Both the position numbers and the translations under genes were made by a program. Below are positions 25,690 through 38,865 of a DNA stretch of 64,000 nucleotides, in pieces. Every line of letters starts with the position of its first letter. The stretch's first letter is position 1. The stretch is from Octopus sinensis (Eukaryota). The notes under the pieces were generated by a model. That model made no database searches and was not told where the DNA came from. It saw nothing but the letters and a program-made list of their open reading frames with translations. The stretch lies in assembly GCF_006345805.1 (NCBI RefSeq), contig NC_043000.1, positions 32,302,001 through 32,366,000 of the forward strand, in the 5' to 3' direction.

Positions 25690-26410
25690 TGGATCCTGCA
25701 AGGGCGAAAATTGGAGGGAATCCTCAAACCAAACACCTAAACTGAATGTTACCCCCTTTCTTTGGGGTGGGGGTGGGGGCTTTAAATGGAGTAACGGTCT
25801 GCATTAACAGTCTTTAAGGCTCTCAATATGGTTAATGGTCCTCTTGAAAAACTGCAAGTCAACAGCTGAAGGTGAAACATGTGCAGGGAGGGAATTCCAG
25901 AGAACTCAGTGGGAAAAACTGAATAATGGGGTTAGTGGAAGGGTGGGGTAGCATGGCGTGTATACAATAAGGGTGAAGAGAGGAGAGAATGAAAGAAAAG
26001 GAACAGCGATTCCTGTGGCAGCAGTAGAAAAGCAAAGAGGAGAAGGTGGAAAGTTTGTAACAGATTGGAGCCCAGTAAACTCAGACATGGGTCAAGTGTT
26101 GAACCAGTTGATGGTTTGAGTTGACAATTTGAGGAGTAAGGGTTCAATACTATGTGTACTCAAATTTAAGGACCAATACTGCCATGTCCTTCAGAGTGAA
26201 GGTGTTTGTGAACTTAACACCAGTTACCTCAAGGCTAAACAGTAAGATCTCCTGTCCATAGTAAGACAGTGTAATAGATGCATCCGGAAAGAAAGAGATT
26301 ACGTGAATCTTTTTTCTTTTAGTTTGAGAAATAAAACCATTGTCTATAGACTTCTGAAGACGTCCTGTTTTAAGAACTGGTTGAATTAAATGCGTTCAAT
26401 ATTTTGTTAC
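25690..26410 (-). mobile_element. Old CR1/L2-like LINE 3' remnant
   Basis: Minus strand gives FFP...LWNSLPAHVSP, typical of CR1-group C-termini. Heavily decayed. Confidence 0.45.
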
Positions 26411-26965
26411 AGACATGGAGACACATTCACTTCTACCCACTTTGATTGTGGAAGGGCCTTTGGGTCACCTCATTACCATTATTTATCACTTCACAGCTCC
26501 TCCTAATTCAGTTCTCACTCTCATCACAAAATAGCCATGTAGCAGCCCTGCAACAAGAACCTGTTCTTGCCCCACTTCCTTCTGTCACCTGCCCCTCCCT
26601 TTGGATTTCATATGTTTGCAAGCTGCATGGTGACCTCATTGGTGCTAGTGGTACAAGAAAAGCAACCAGTCCACTCTGTAAATTGGTTGGTTTTTAGGAA
26701 GGGCATCCAGCCACAGAACCCATACCAAAGCAGACACTGGAACAGGATGTAGACCTTAAACCCATTGAACCCTGTCTAATCATCCAACCCAACATGGAAG
26801 AGGCACTTTAAACAATGATGAGATGAGATACAGATTCACACATACATGTACAGGATTTTATATATATTTGATAAATACAACTGTTATTTGTTAATATTTT
26901 AGCAAATGTTCTTCATTGAGTTATCATTACCGGTCTGTTACTGACGACAGATAAGGTAGACTTAC

Positions 26966-27034
26966 CTTAAGATGAAGTAGGCAACAACAATGCCAAATAT
27001 AAATGACCACACCAACAGAAATAGATGAATGTAA
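26966..27034 (-). CDS. SNX14: SNX14 exon 2 (TYIHLFLLVWSFIFGIVVAYFIL; second TM segment)
   Basis: ttcttcag acceptor and GTAAGT donor. Resembles human RYIHILMIFWSFVAGVVTFY (recalled). Confidence 0.92.
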
Positions 27035-27599
27035 CTGAAGAATAAGAATAATAATAATAATAAATAATTAATAATATATCATTTATAACAATAATGTTAT
27101 TATTTGGAAACAATCAGTAATCACTTTTTCATTGTTATAGAGTTTCTCTTCAATGAGGTCTTTCAGAAAATATTAACTGAACGATCAAACATTCTGGGGA
27201 ATTCTATAACAGAGTCTATCATCAGGTATTACCAATATGTGTTTCTTTATTAACCACAAGGGGCTAAACATAGAAGGGACAAACAAGGACAGACAAATGG
27301 ATTAAGTCGATTACATCGACCCCAGTGCGTAACTGGTACTTAATTTATCGTAACTGGTACACACATACAAGCCTCATTTCTAATCTTTTGTGAAAACATG
27401 AACCATGTCTGTCTTGGTGAAAAAAAAAAGAAAAAGAAAGAAACCTTATCTCTGCTAACCCATTCTATCAGGCTGAGTAAAAAATAAGCAATGTTTTGAA
27501 ACAAGATATTCATCACAATAAATTTCAACAATGTGGAAATTTTATTCATCAAAGTAAGTACTATTACAATCAACAGATTTTTGCCAACGAGTTACAAGT

Positions 27600-28610
27600 T
27601 TATTCTGGTAACATAAAAATCTGGGGTTTTGGAGCTGGTGAACTCTTTGAATGTACTTTCAGCATCAGTTTGATTTTTGAACTTCTCTCGCAGGAAACTT
27701 TTAAAAGTGGTAGTCAGTAGTAGAAAGGTCTGGGGAAGAAGCTGGATGGGGAAGAACTTCATAGCCAAATTCCCACAAATTCTGGAGCGTCATTAGTGAA
27801 ATGTGTGGTTGAGCATTGTCATGATGAATGATTTGCCCTCTTCTGTTGACCAGTCTGGGACAGAGGAGTAGCAGTTTTTTGTTCATTTTGGCAATTTCAG
27901 GGCAATATATTTTTGCAGTTATGGTTTTTCAGGGTTTTAAGAAGTTATAGTGGATGAGTCCAGCAGTACACCACCAAACATTCACCATAACCTTCTTTGT
28001 GAAGAGCTCAGGTTTAGGGAAGGTTTTTCAGTGCTTCATTTTGATCCAACCACTGCAAAGAATGTTTTTCATTATTGTACAGAATCCACTTTTCTTCATA
28101 AGTTACAATATGGCCAAGAAATGGATCGGTCTGGTTACGGAGAAGTGTCAAGCAAATTTCATATCTGCGCATTTTCTGATTTTCATTCAAATTGTGTGGT
28201 ACCCATTTGTCGAGCACTTTTTGATTTTCTGATCGCTTGCAAATGGTTGCATGCAGTTTTCTGGTTAATTTGAAGTTTTTTTGCCAGTTCTCAAGTGGTT
28301 TTACATGGATCTTTCTCAATGACAGTCTTTAATTGACCATCATTGATGACAGGCTCAGGTCTCTACTGTGAAATTGTTTAAACTATTTTCAAGCTGACCA
28401 CTCACTGGTCATTTCCTCACCAAACTTTTCGTTGATATCATGAGCAGTTTCAGCTGCTTTACGTCCTTTTTTGAAGTTAAATAGTGAAATTGCTTGAATA
28501 TTGCGCTTTGACAGTTCCATTCCAGATGATTGTAACAATGTTGAAAGAAATATCAATGTTAATTTATTGATGAATTTGGGCAAGTCTATGTCTGTATTAT
28601 CAGACAACTG
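27600..28610 (-). mobile_element. Decayed mariner (DD34D) transposon
   Basis: KWVPHNL, IVTYEEKWILYNN, HHDNAQPH and HPASSPDLSTTDYHF motifs. Confidence 0.92.
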
Positions 28611-29759
28611 TAAAAACATGTTTATAAAATATTCAAAATTCTACAAAAGTCTGGTGCAAATTCTTCATGATTCTAAACGCTGCTTACTTTTTACTCAACC
28701 TGATAGAAATGGTGGAGGAAATTTACCATATCTAGATATATGTAAATCTTCTTATTGGAAAGGTTATTACACCAATAACAATAAGAAACATGCACTGGTT
28801 CAATATTACTTCTTCATTGTTAGCCAAACCAGTGCATGTGTTTATTATTGGTATAATGACCCTCCCAAGACACAAGATTTGTTATTAACATGTTGTCAGA
28901 GAATTGTTTTAATAAAGTCTTGTTTGTTTGCTAAGATTTTTGCTGCAAATAAATTTCAGATTCAACAAAATATTTTGCCCTCGTAATACCATAGTAACAA
29001 ACTGCATAAATTTTATCAGCCTTATCTGGCTTCATACATCTGAAATATCTTTGAAACTGGATAATGAATTTATTAGAGACCTTTGCATTAATTACTCTTT
29101 AACATAAAAAGCACCGTCCGAATGTGGCCGCTGCCTGACTGGCGTCCGTGTCGGTGACACGTAAAAGCACCAACCAATCGTGGCCATTTCCCAGCCTGCT
29201 CTGGCCCCTGTGCTGGTGGCACGTAAAAGGAACCCACTACACTCACGGAGTGGTTGGCGTTCGGAAGGGCATCCAGCTGTAGAAACACTGCCAAATCAGA
29301 CTAGAGCCTGGTGCAGCCTCCATGGCTTCCAGACCCCAGTTGAACCGTCCAACCCATGCCAGCATGGAAAACAGACGTTAAATGATGATGATGATGATGA
29401 TAGGAGGATTCATTCCAATTAATGGCAGTAAATTCTTCTGAAGTGTGACATTAACATCCGTTTTCCATACTGGCATGGGCTGGACAGTGGCAAAAGCTGG
29501 CCAGCCACAGAGCAGCATCGGGCTCCAATTGTCTGTTTTGGCATCGTTCCTATGGCTTGATGCCCTTTCCTAACACCCTTCATACTTTACAGAGTGTACT
29601 GGGTGCCTTTCACATGCTACTAGCATGAGTGCATCTTACGTAGCACCGGCACCTGCAAGACAAAGACCTCTCAGCTGAGAGAGGGAGTGAGGGAGCCCAC
29701 GGACATGCCAGTATGTAGGGATGGCCATGATTTTACTTAGTCTAATGTGTCTTCTTAAG

Positions 29760-31470
29760 TACAGAAATCACCATAAGTCCAAATCCCTTGTCATTTCCTC
29801 AGTGAGGCCCTGCATATGAAGATCCTTTCTCACCCCTTCGTGGGTCTAACCCATCCACAATTAGAGCTCAGTACTTCTTTATGCAGCTATCCTCATCCAT
29901 ACACATCACATGACCAAACCATTGCAATCTTCTCTCTTGCACACAACATCTGATACCCCTTACACCCAGTTTTCCTCTGAAAATCATTCACACTCTGTCA
30001 TGCACACACACACTGACATTACCCATCCCAGCAGAGCATGCTACTTTCATTTCTTCACATGTCCTCCTGTAGTCAAAGCCCATGTTTCACTGCCATGTAA
30101 CATAGCTGTACATACACACAGACATCTTACAATCTGCCTTTAACTCTGAGGGACAGGCCTTTAGTTACCAACAAAGGTAGAAGCTCTCTGCCCAGCCCAT
30201 TCTTATTCTAGCAATTACACTTTCAGAATTTCCTTCTCCACTGCTAACAGAAGCTATCTACTACTTCTAAGGATCCCCTCAGACATTTGAGGGAGTCTAT
30301 TGTCTGTGCATTTTTAGTGCTTATTGTACCTACACATTTGCCACACACAAAGACTATTTTCTCCATTAACCTACCTGTGATACTGCTACACTTCTTATGT
30401 GTCCAAAGCTTGCACTGGGTACAACATACAGAGTTTTCACCAACACCCTTCTTACATATTGAGCAGGGCCATCTCCCTGAAGATACTTGTGATTTGTTTG
30501 TTTTCCTACTTACTAGGACTTTGGATTTTGTTAAATTAACTCTAAGGCCCTTAGAGTCCAGGCCTTACTTCCACACCTGAAATTTCTTCTCTAGGTCAAG
30601 TAGTAATTCAGCTACAAGAACAAGGTCATCAGTAGAGGAGCTTGCATGAAGCAGCCAGTCTTGAATTCCTCTGTTATGGCCTGGAGGACTAAAATAAATA
30701 TGATGGGGCTGAGAACTGATCCTTGGTGAATTCCTACCTGTACATTGAATTCATTGCTATACTCGTTGCCAACCTTTACCTTACTGGCAGCATCCCTCTA
30801 CATGGCTTGTATAGTTCTCATTGACCACTCATCTATCCCTTGCCCACCAGATAAGGGTGTTGTGGACCTCGTCAAAGACTTTCTTCACATCAACAAAAGC
30901 CAAGTACAGAGGTTTATTTGGGGCTAAATACTCCTTCTGCAGTCACCTTACCAAGAATATAGCATCAGTCATGCTTCTCTCAGGCACAAAACCAAACTGC
31001 ATCTCATTTAGGCTAACATCATGATCTTCTCTCATACAAAGTCTTGGCATCTGAAACACTTCAATCCCCTTGTCATCATGCTACAGAATACTGACAAACT
31101 TCCACTTTTCTGTTTCCCTTCTGGTTAAGAATACCTGTCTCTCAGCCTCCCTTCTGGCTATCTGTTATAGTTCCCTGCTATCACCACACTTCAAGTCCTT
31201 CCAGCCCTGTTTCTTTTCTCTAACGGCTCTGTCAACTATACTGTTGCACCAGCATATCACCTTAGGGAGAGGAGACTTCCACTAGCCACACATTTGGCCA
31301 GTGGCCTTCGACAGGTTGTCCCATAGGAACCTCCAGTTGTTCTCGTCAAGTGCTTCAAGTAACACATCTCTAAATCTCTGACTATTCAGAGGATCCTTGA
31401 GCTTCCAGACCTCGTTTTTCCACACTGGTTGTCATCTTGGCAGCCTTCTAGCCCTGAGTCTGAAGTTGCT
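29760..31470 (-). mobile_element. Decayed RTE LINE fragment
   Basis: Antisense similarity to the RT, PHD-like and C-terminal parts of the 46588-50302 element. Confidence 0.85.
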
Positions 31471-32766
31471 TTTGCTGTAATCTATAACTTCAAGAAGTCA
31501 ATAACTAACCACAGAAATATTTCAAACTGAGTTCTCACAAACAGAGCTGTTTGACCCATGTTTTATAATAAATGACAAGCAGGTCCTCTACAGACCAGTA
31601 TAAATAACCAAAGGACATTTGTTAAATCACAGTTTTACTGTTATTCATTAACATGACAATAACAGACAGATATAAAATTTCCAAAACTACAAACATATCT
31701 CGTGGAAGCCGTACATTATAGGAAAGCGAAGTCTGCCCTTGAACATTTTGGTGAAAGCACAGTTGTTGCCCTTGACATTAGGAAAACTTCCCCTGTTTGT
31801 CTAAATACAGTCATCTCTACAAACATATTCTGTTAGTTCTGTCCAAAACAAATGGCCAAGATTTAGTCACTATCACATCATCAACCGGTGGAGCTTTTCT
31901 TCACAACCCGAAAACCACAATTAAAACCATCGCAAAAAAAAAATCCTCTCACTAAAACAACATATTCGTCGCGAAGTGAAAACTTCTTCGCAAACGTTGG
32001 CTTTTCTTTCTGAAATCAGAAAATATTTCAGCTCTGAGCATCTAAAAACACAGCATTTAATACAAAGAAAACACTAAAATTGTACCCCAGTTATACACGC
32101 TGAAAATACAGTCGAGATCACTTTACATAGAAAACCTTACGTAGACTGAGAGGCCGACCTTTAACGAGCAACATTCTGCAGAATAGTGAATCACTTTCGA
32201 TCTTTGTATTCCTCTTTGCCATTTATACTGCTACTACAATAGTCACTGCTCCTTTAAACCTACTCACTGACTACTTCCCCTATGTAAACCCACTCCTTGA
32301 TTTTGTAGTTACCCATAGCATTTCCCCTTTTAAATATCTTCCAAACACAATTACTTTTTCTTAATTCAGCGCCCAAGAACTACAGCAATTATTTCACCAA
32401 CCAATGAAGTAGAATAATTCAAAGAACAACATATTTGCTACGAATTTCCTTAATTCTCGTCAAGAAAATCTAATAAACAAATATTACAGCCTATCTCTCG
32501 TTGTCAACCCATCTTTCGAACTCTTATTTGTTTTAATTGCACGCACATAATCAATTAACAATAATGACGCCCCCCACATACAAAACTGACGCAACGTAAT
32601 TAGATTTTCTATAAATACCTTTATATATAAGACATATAACAACTAGGTAAAATATAGTAATTGTAAAATCGAGCATTATTAAGCAGAAATACATAAATTG
32701 CGGAATTTCTGGAAACAGAAAACACTTGTAAACAACAAACGTATGGATGTGTGTGTGTGTGTGTAT

Positions 32767-32824
<58 letters not shown>

Positions 32825-32964
32825 GGGCGTGTGTGTGTATGTGTAGGATGTGTTGGTCCAGTGGAAGATTCTAAGTAGACACATTAATAATTATGCTTTC
32901 ATTACACGTAATTTTGGTTGAATAATGAAAATATAACAAAAACAAAAAAATGTTTTGTACTTAC

Positions 32965-33065
32965 GTGTGGAAGATAATTGATGCAATAAACAACACCAAG
33001 ACTGCTGACGTAAATTTCGTATGGTTCTGAGCATAGAATTTTATAAGATACCACGGGACAGCCAT
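32965..33065 (-). CDS. SNX14: Sorting nexin-14, coding exon 1 (MAVPWYLIKFYAQNHTKFTSAVLVLFIASIIFH; first TM segment)
   Basis: ATG at 33065 and GTAAGT donor at 32964. The phase-2 end joins exon 2. The hydrophobic N-terminus fits SNX14. Confidence 0.85.
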
Positions 33066-34169
33066 TTTATTATAATTAAACTATAATATGTGCGGAGTTT
33101 GGCCGAGTTTCACTGGAATGTTTTAAGTGGACATGTTCACCGTGAACGATTTACGACATAATTAAGTGCACTAGGGGAGATAAGCACGTCATTAAATATG
33201 TAGTGATTATGTCCCCTGTTATAATTGATAAGGTAATTAGTGTACAATAGCGTCGTTGGGTATGTGAACGTACTAAATTAATTTGGGGTTTATTGCTGAC
33301 AGAAGCAGCGACAAGGGAAATGTAATTGTTCGATACCTCCCTGATCTGCACCTACTTCCTTCACTCATGACTGACTCCGGCTCCGCCTCCACCACTGTTC
33401 ATTACTTATTGCGTTTCCTTCTATTCCCATCTCGATCCATCTGCCATTCACCTCTCATTCTCCTGCAAACTTCCTTATCTACCCTTACCATTTTACCATT
33501 TCTCTTATATTCACCTTCCCTTAGCTTGAGGGTGTAACTTCACAAATTTTCACCACCATCATCTTTCTTTTCTAAATGAAGTAACCGTATATCTCCTTAC
33601 AACAAAACACCTGTTCCTGTCTCTTTATCACACTTTAATCTCTCGTCACTTGGTATTAAGCCACCCGACTACTCTCCCCACCACCACCACCATCATCTCA
33701 GTTGAAGGATCTTGTCCAGCAACTTACTTGGCAATCTCACTGGTGTGAGTGCCACCCAAAAAGCATCCACTCCACTCTGTAGAGTGGTTGGCCTAAGGAA
33801 GGGCCGACTGCCGACATTGGAGTTTGGTGCAGTCCTCTAGCCTGCAAGCTCCTGGAAAACCATTCAAACTATGCCAGCATGTAAAATGGATGTTAAATGA
33901 TGATGATGATGATGATGATGACGTGTGTGTGTGTTTTTATCTTCCACTTAAAAGTGGATGTTGTGTTAGAACACCAATCCTGCATTACTTACCTTGAGAG
34001 AACCTCTCATATGGCTTGGCACTGCATAGAAGCACTCCTGTTTGTATTACTGACAGCCAATAGTTGTCCATACAACTGCTGGAACTCCTAGATCACATAA
34101 TTTCATCCTTCATTGGGTTTCTCAATGGCAGATGTCCAAGTACCTATATGCACCACTAATATGTATATA

Positions 34170-35460
34170 CAGGGTGATCAACCCAAGTGTAGACATTTAT
34201 TTTACTTAAATTTAATTTACATTTCTTTTCTTATTTCAGGAATTTAATACTCTTAACATTTAAGGCAGAATTGAAGCTAATTTATTCTTGAAATTTAAAA
34301 AAACTTGAAGCGAGTATTTAAGTTAATATAAGTGGAATAAGTGAGGCACTTGAAGGACGATTCAAGAAAGAGAAAACTCTGAGTAAAATTTTCAAGATTT
34401 TGAAATCCACTGTCAGCAGATCAGGAATCTATAAAGTAACCAAACGAATAAAAGAGATTGGTCTTGCTTACCAAAAGTGAGGACTATTCCACCTTGACCA
34501 GTGAGAAGGAAAAAAACTCACAAAAAACATCAAAGAAAAGATCAGGTGTAACCCATAAAGAAGCAACCAAAAACTTGCTCAGAAGCTGGTACAAGCAATG
34601 GAACTATACATAATCTGTTGAAAAATAATCTTTAATTGTTCTGATACAATTGAAGCCACAAAGACAAAAAAATTGCAAAGTGCAAAGTTTCTTCTGTAAA
34701 AGCAGAGAGATGGCATGCAGCCACCAGTATTGTAAACAGATGAAAAGTCATTCAGTGTGCAAGCATTCCACAATCCTCAAAATGATTGTGTATATGCAGT
34801 AAAAAAAGGGGACATTCCTGTTGAACAAAGATTATCCTTTTGGTGGCAGAAACCTGCACCCATAATGGTGTGGGTGGGTGTAGGCATCCATAAAGGTGTG
34901 GGCATAAAAACCCCTCTAATCTTCATTGAAGAGGATGTAAAAATTAACCAACATGTTTATTTGGACATATGAAAGGATAAAATAGTTCCTTGGGTTATTG
35001 CAACAATGAGGGACAAAGATTAAACTCTCAAACAAGAAAGCACAGCATCTCATACGGCTAAGAAAGACCGAGAATGGTGTGGAGAGGATTTCAAGACATT
35101 CTGTTCAAAAGAGTTCTGGCCCCACTCTTCATCTAATCTGAATCTGATGGACTTTGGCATATGGTCTACCCTTGAGGGCAAAACCTGCGCTAATTCTCAC
35201 ACGGGTCTCAGAGCTCTTGAGCACCATTTGCAAAAACGATAGGCTGAAATCTCCAAAGAAACTGTTTGTGCCACTTGCTCCCAAGTTGTTCCCAGACTAT
35301 GGTAGGTAGTCCCCACCATGGACGGATATATTGAAAATGAAATAGAGCATTTTAATCTACATTTTCTGGGCTTTATTTGAGCATATTTAAGTTCGATATA
35401 TCATTTTGTATTGAGATGTTAATTGAATAAATATATGTCTACATTTCATCTGATCACCTT
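34170..35460 (+). mobile_element. Decayed Tc1/mariner-superfamily element (DD37D/maT-like) with TIRs
   Basis: TA|CAGGGTGATCA...GTAGACA versus TGTCTAC...TGATCACCTT|ATA. Motifs TDEKSF, IMVWVG, KINQHVY and WPHSSSNLNLMDFGIW. Confidence 0.85.
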
Positions 35461-35779
35461 ATATATCACCTCCATCAGCAGCAGCAGCCTCATTTAACAT
35501 GCATTGTCCATGCTGGCACGGGTTGGATGGTTTGACAAGAGCTGGCAATCTGGGGGATTACACCAGACTCCAGTCTGATTGGGCACGGTTTCTACTGCTG
35601 GATGCCCTTTACAGAGTGTGCCAGATACTTTTATGTGGCACCACACAGGTGCTTTTATATAACACTGCACAGGTACTTTTATGTGGCACTGATATGAGTG
35701 CTTTTTACACAGCACTGGTACAAGACTCTGACAAGCTAATCCACTGCATCTGAGGAAAACGGCCTTAATACTTCTGCTC

Positions 35780-36885
35780 TTGGGCCTAACTTCTTTCTCA
35801 ATACACTGGCACTCTCTCAAACATGTACATTTACGTTACACATCCAGTGGAGTATCCCAGCCTCATTCTTCTTTAACTTTTGCATGTCCTCTGCATTCAG
35901 GATCCATGTCTCACTATCATGTAGAATTGCTGTCTGTATACATGCATCATACAATCTTCTTTTCACTCTGAGAGAGAAAGCTTTCGTAGCCAACAAAGGT
36001 AACAGCTCTCTGAACTTCCTCCATCCTATTCTTATTCTAGCTATCGCAATCTCCATACATCCGTCCGCACTACTAATTTGGTCCTCTAGACAGTAGAAAT
36101 TATCTACTACCTCTAATGAACCGCCAGGGCATCTGAGAGAATCAATTTCCTAAGCCTCTATAGTTTTTATGGATCCTGTGCATCTTCTACATATGAACGC
36201 TACCTTCTCTGATAACCTTCTTATTAATCCACTGCACCTCTTGTGTCCATAGCTTACACTGGGCACACTGTACGGAGTTCCTGCCTACACCTTTCCTACA
36301 AATTGTGTGGGGCCATCTACCTGAAGTGGGTAGGGTCTTGCCTGCTTTCTTGCTTACTAAAACCTTAGTCTTTGCTAAGTTAACTTTAAGGCCCCTAGAT
36401 TCCAGGTTTTGCTTCCGCACTTGGAATTTCTTTTCTAGCTCTGATATGGAACCTGCTATGAAGGTAAGATCATCAAGATATAGTAGTTCCCAGGGGCTGC
36501 CAGTCTGGAATTCCTCTATTATGGCCAGGGGTACAATGATGAAATGCAGAGGACTGAGCCTTGATGAACACCTACCTGTACACCAAATTCTTCACTGTAC
36601 TCATGGTTAACTCTCACCTTACTGACAACACCCCTACACATGATCTGTACAGTTTTACAAGCCACTCATCTGATCCTAGCCTCTCAGAACCCACCATATC
36701 ACCCAGCAGGGTCCTCTATCAAAGGATTTCTCTAGATCAACAAATGCCAAGACAATGGTTTATTCTTTGCTAAGTATTTCCCTTGCAGTTACCTGACCAT
36801 GAAAATAACATCAGTAGTGCTTATTCCTGAGGCAAAGCTAAACTGCCTCCCATCTGACCTAATTCTGCTCCTAATTAATTGAGCT
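35780..36885 (-). mobile_element. Decayed RTE LINE fragment
   Basis: ORF pieces ARIRIGWRKFRELLPLL and GLKVNLAKTKVLVS. Confidence 0.88.
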
Positions 36886-36891
36886 ATAAAT

Positions 36892-37557
36892 CTTTCAAGA
36901 AAATAAATATTTTTTAAGGAAATTTCCTACAAATATACTTCGGACTATATAGATTCCGAGAACATAGGAACTTTTGGGGAAAACAATTGGGGGTTACTTT
37001 AGAGGACCGTTCCCCACTCGGGGATGTTTCAGAACAAGTCGTCCATATTTGTTTCAATTTCTCCATTTTGTGCGTTTGTGCATCCGTAGATTTCTACTGA
37101 AGCTGTCACCAGAAAACTCGTTATGCTAAAAATACCAGCTAAAGGTCTAAACGTTTAAACTTTTTTAATTACATATATGTGAGTGAGTGAGTGTGTGTGT
37201 GTGTCAGAGAGAAACAGAGAGGGAGAGAGAGAGAGGAAGAGAGAGAGGGGAAGAGAGAGAAAGAGAGAGAGAGGGGAAGAGAAAGAGAAAGAAAGAGAGG
37301 GGAAGAGAGAGAAAGAGAGAGAGAGGGAAAAAGAGAGAAAGAGAGAGAGAGAGACTAGAAATCTACGGATGCACAAACGCACAAAACGAGAAAACTAAAC
37401 AAATATGGACTTGTTCCGAAAAAACCCTGAGTGGAGAACGGTCCTCAAAAGTAACCCCCAATTGTTTTCCCTACAAATTCCTAAGTTCTCAGAATCTAAT
37501 ATAGTCCGAGGTATTTTTGTAGAAAATTTCATTAAAAAATATCTATTTTCTTGAAAG
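36892..37557. repeat. ~205-bp inverted repeat (36892-37096 / 37356-37557) around a GA-rich microsatellite spacer
   Basis: TTTGTGCGTTTGTGCATCCGTAGATTTCTA versus TAGAAATCTACGGATGCACAAACGCACAAA; similarity extends to both outer ends. Confidence 0.9.
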
Positions 37558-38006
37558 TTAAGACGAATTGAATTGGACGCCGGTGAATTTTCCGAAATTC
37601 CCCAACCCACACCCTCCTAAAACACTTTCCTCAAAAGTTTTGTATATTCGGAATCTACATCATATAACACATATTGGTAGAAAATTTCGTTTAAAAAATA
37701 TCCATTTTTCTGAAAGTTATGATCATCCAAAGTCGGAGGTGGGGGGTCAGGAATTGTAGTTACGCCCTATATGTTAATTAAACTGAGAGGTATAAATAAG
37801 TTTTTAAAGTTTCCAGTGTCAATATATCCATGATAATATAGTTTCTTAGAGCTGCTTATATATATATAACACGCGCGCGAGCATTCAGCCGTAAAACCGT
37901 GCTTAAATTAACTGTGGAGGCTTGGTGCATTTCCTTGGACAACCAGCTCCCGTCAAACTGTCCAACAGATGCCGGAAGGTGGACGTTACATGATAATGAG
38001 GTACTA

Positions 38007-38236
38007 GGGCGGCGAGCTGGCAGAAACGTTAGCACGCCGGGCGAAATGCGTAGCCGTATTTCGTCTTCCATTACGTTCTGAGTTCAAATTCCGCCGAGGC
38101 CGATTTTGCCTTTCATCCTTTCGAGGTCGATAAATTAGTACCAGTTACGCACTGGGTCGATGTAATCGACTTAAACCGTTTGTCTGTCCTTGTTTGTCCC
38201 CTCTGTGTTTAGTCCCTTGTGGGTAGTAAAGAAACA
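38007..38236 (+). mobile_element. SINE with Meta/MESC-like core and 15-bp TSD
   Basis: GGCGAGCTGGCAGAAACGTTAGC...GAGTTCAAATTCC...GCCTTTCATCCTTTCGAGGTCGATAAATT. TSD GATAATGAGGTACTA at 37992 and 38237. Confidence 0.88.
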
Positions 38237-38247
38237 GATAATGAGGT

Positions 38248-38502
38248 ACTACTAGCGAACAGTGGTCCCAGTGCGCACACGCGCAAGTTAGTCATAACTA
38301 GTCGAACCTTACTTTGTGTTTTTCTGTTATTTACTTTGTGTCTTTGTATTTTATTTACTTTGTTTAACAAAAATTATTTACTTGGTGTAAAAAAAATCAT
38401 TTATAGTGTTTTATTTAATTTGCTAGGTAGTCGTAGTAGGATCGACTACTTACAACTAGCTAGCGCGGATGCGCGTGCCGGGACCGCTGTCCGCTAGTAG
38501 TA
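38248..38502. mobile_element. Hairpin MITE-like element
   Basis: ACTACTAGCGAACAGTGGTCCC...GTCGAACCTTACT versus AGTAGGATCGAC...GGGACCGCTGTCCGCTAGTAGT: imperfect ~65-bp inverted arms. Confidence 0.75.
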
Positions 38503-38728
38503 CCTATTTCTTTATTACCCACAAGGGGCTAAACACAGAGGGAACAAACAAGGACAGACATAGGTACTAAGTCGATTACATCTACCCCAGTGCGTAACTG
38601 GTACTTAATTTATCGACCCCGAAAGGATGAAAGGCAAAGTCGACCTCGGCGGAATTTGAACTCACAACGTAACGCAGACGAAATACCGCTAAGCATTTCG
38701 CCCGGTGTGCTAACGTTTCTACCAGCTT
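38500..38728 (-). mobile_element. Same SINE family, inverted relative to 38007-38236
   Basis: Reverse-complement match. Other copies near 14940-15100, 15180-15290, 18945-19420, 20635-20866, 27242-27360, 55587-55718, 58590-58930 and 61700-61850. Confidence 0.88.
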
Positions 38729-38865
38729 GTACCTGATAATGATTGAATGAATGAATGAATGCATAAACGAATGACCTTTGGTAGAGTTACCTCCCATCAA
38801 TTATAGCTCTCTTAAATCTGGAAAAGGTATTTAGTATCGGTGAGTGCTTGGACCCGCGATTTGCG

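Noticed and set aside
28501-28986. 161-aa plus-strand ORF
   Set aside because: TTG start, partly antisense to a mariner end, AT-rich, and no recognisable motif.
38848-38865. TTG start given in the ORF track for NDUFAF5
   Set aside because: Eukaryotic gene; the first in-frame ATG at 38866 gives a plausible mitochondrial presequence.
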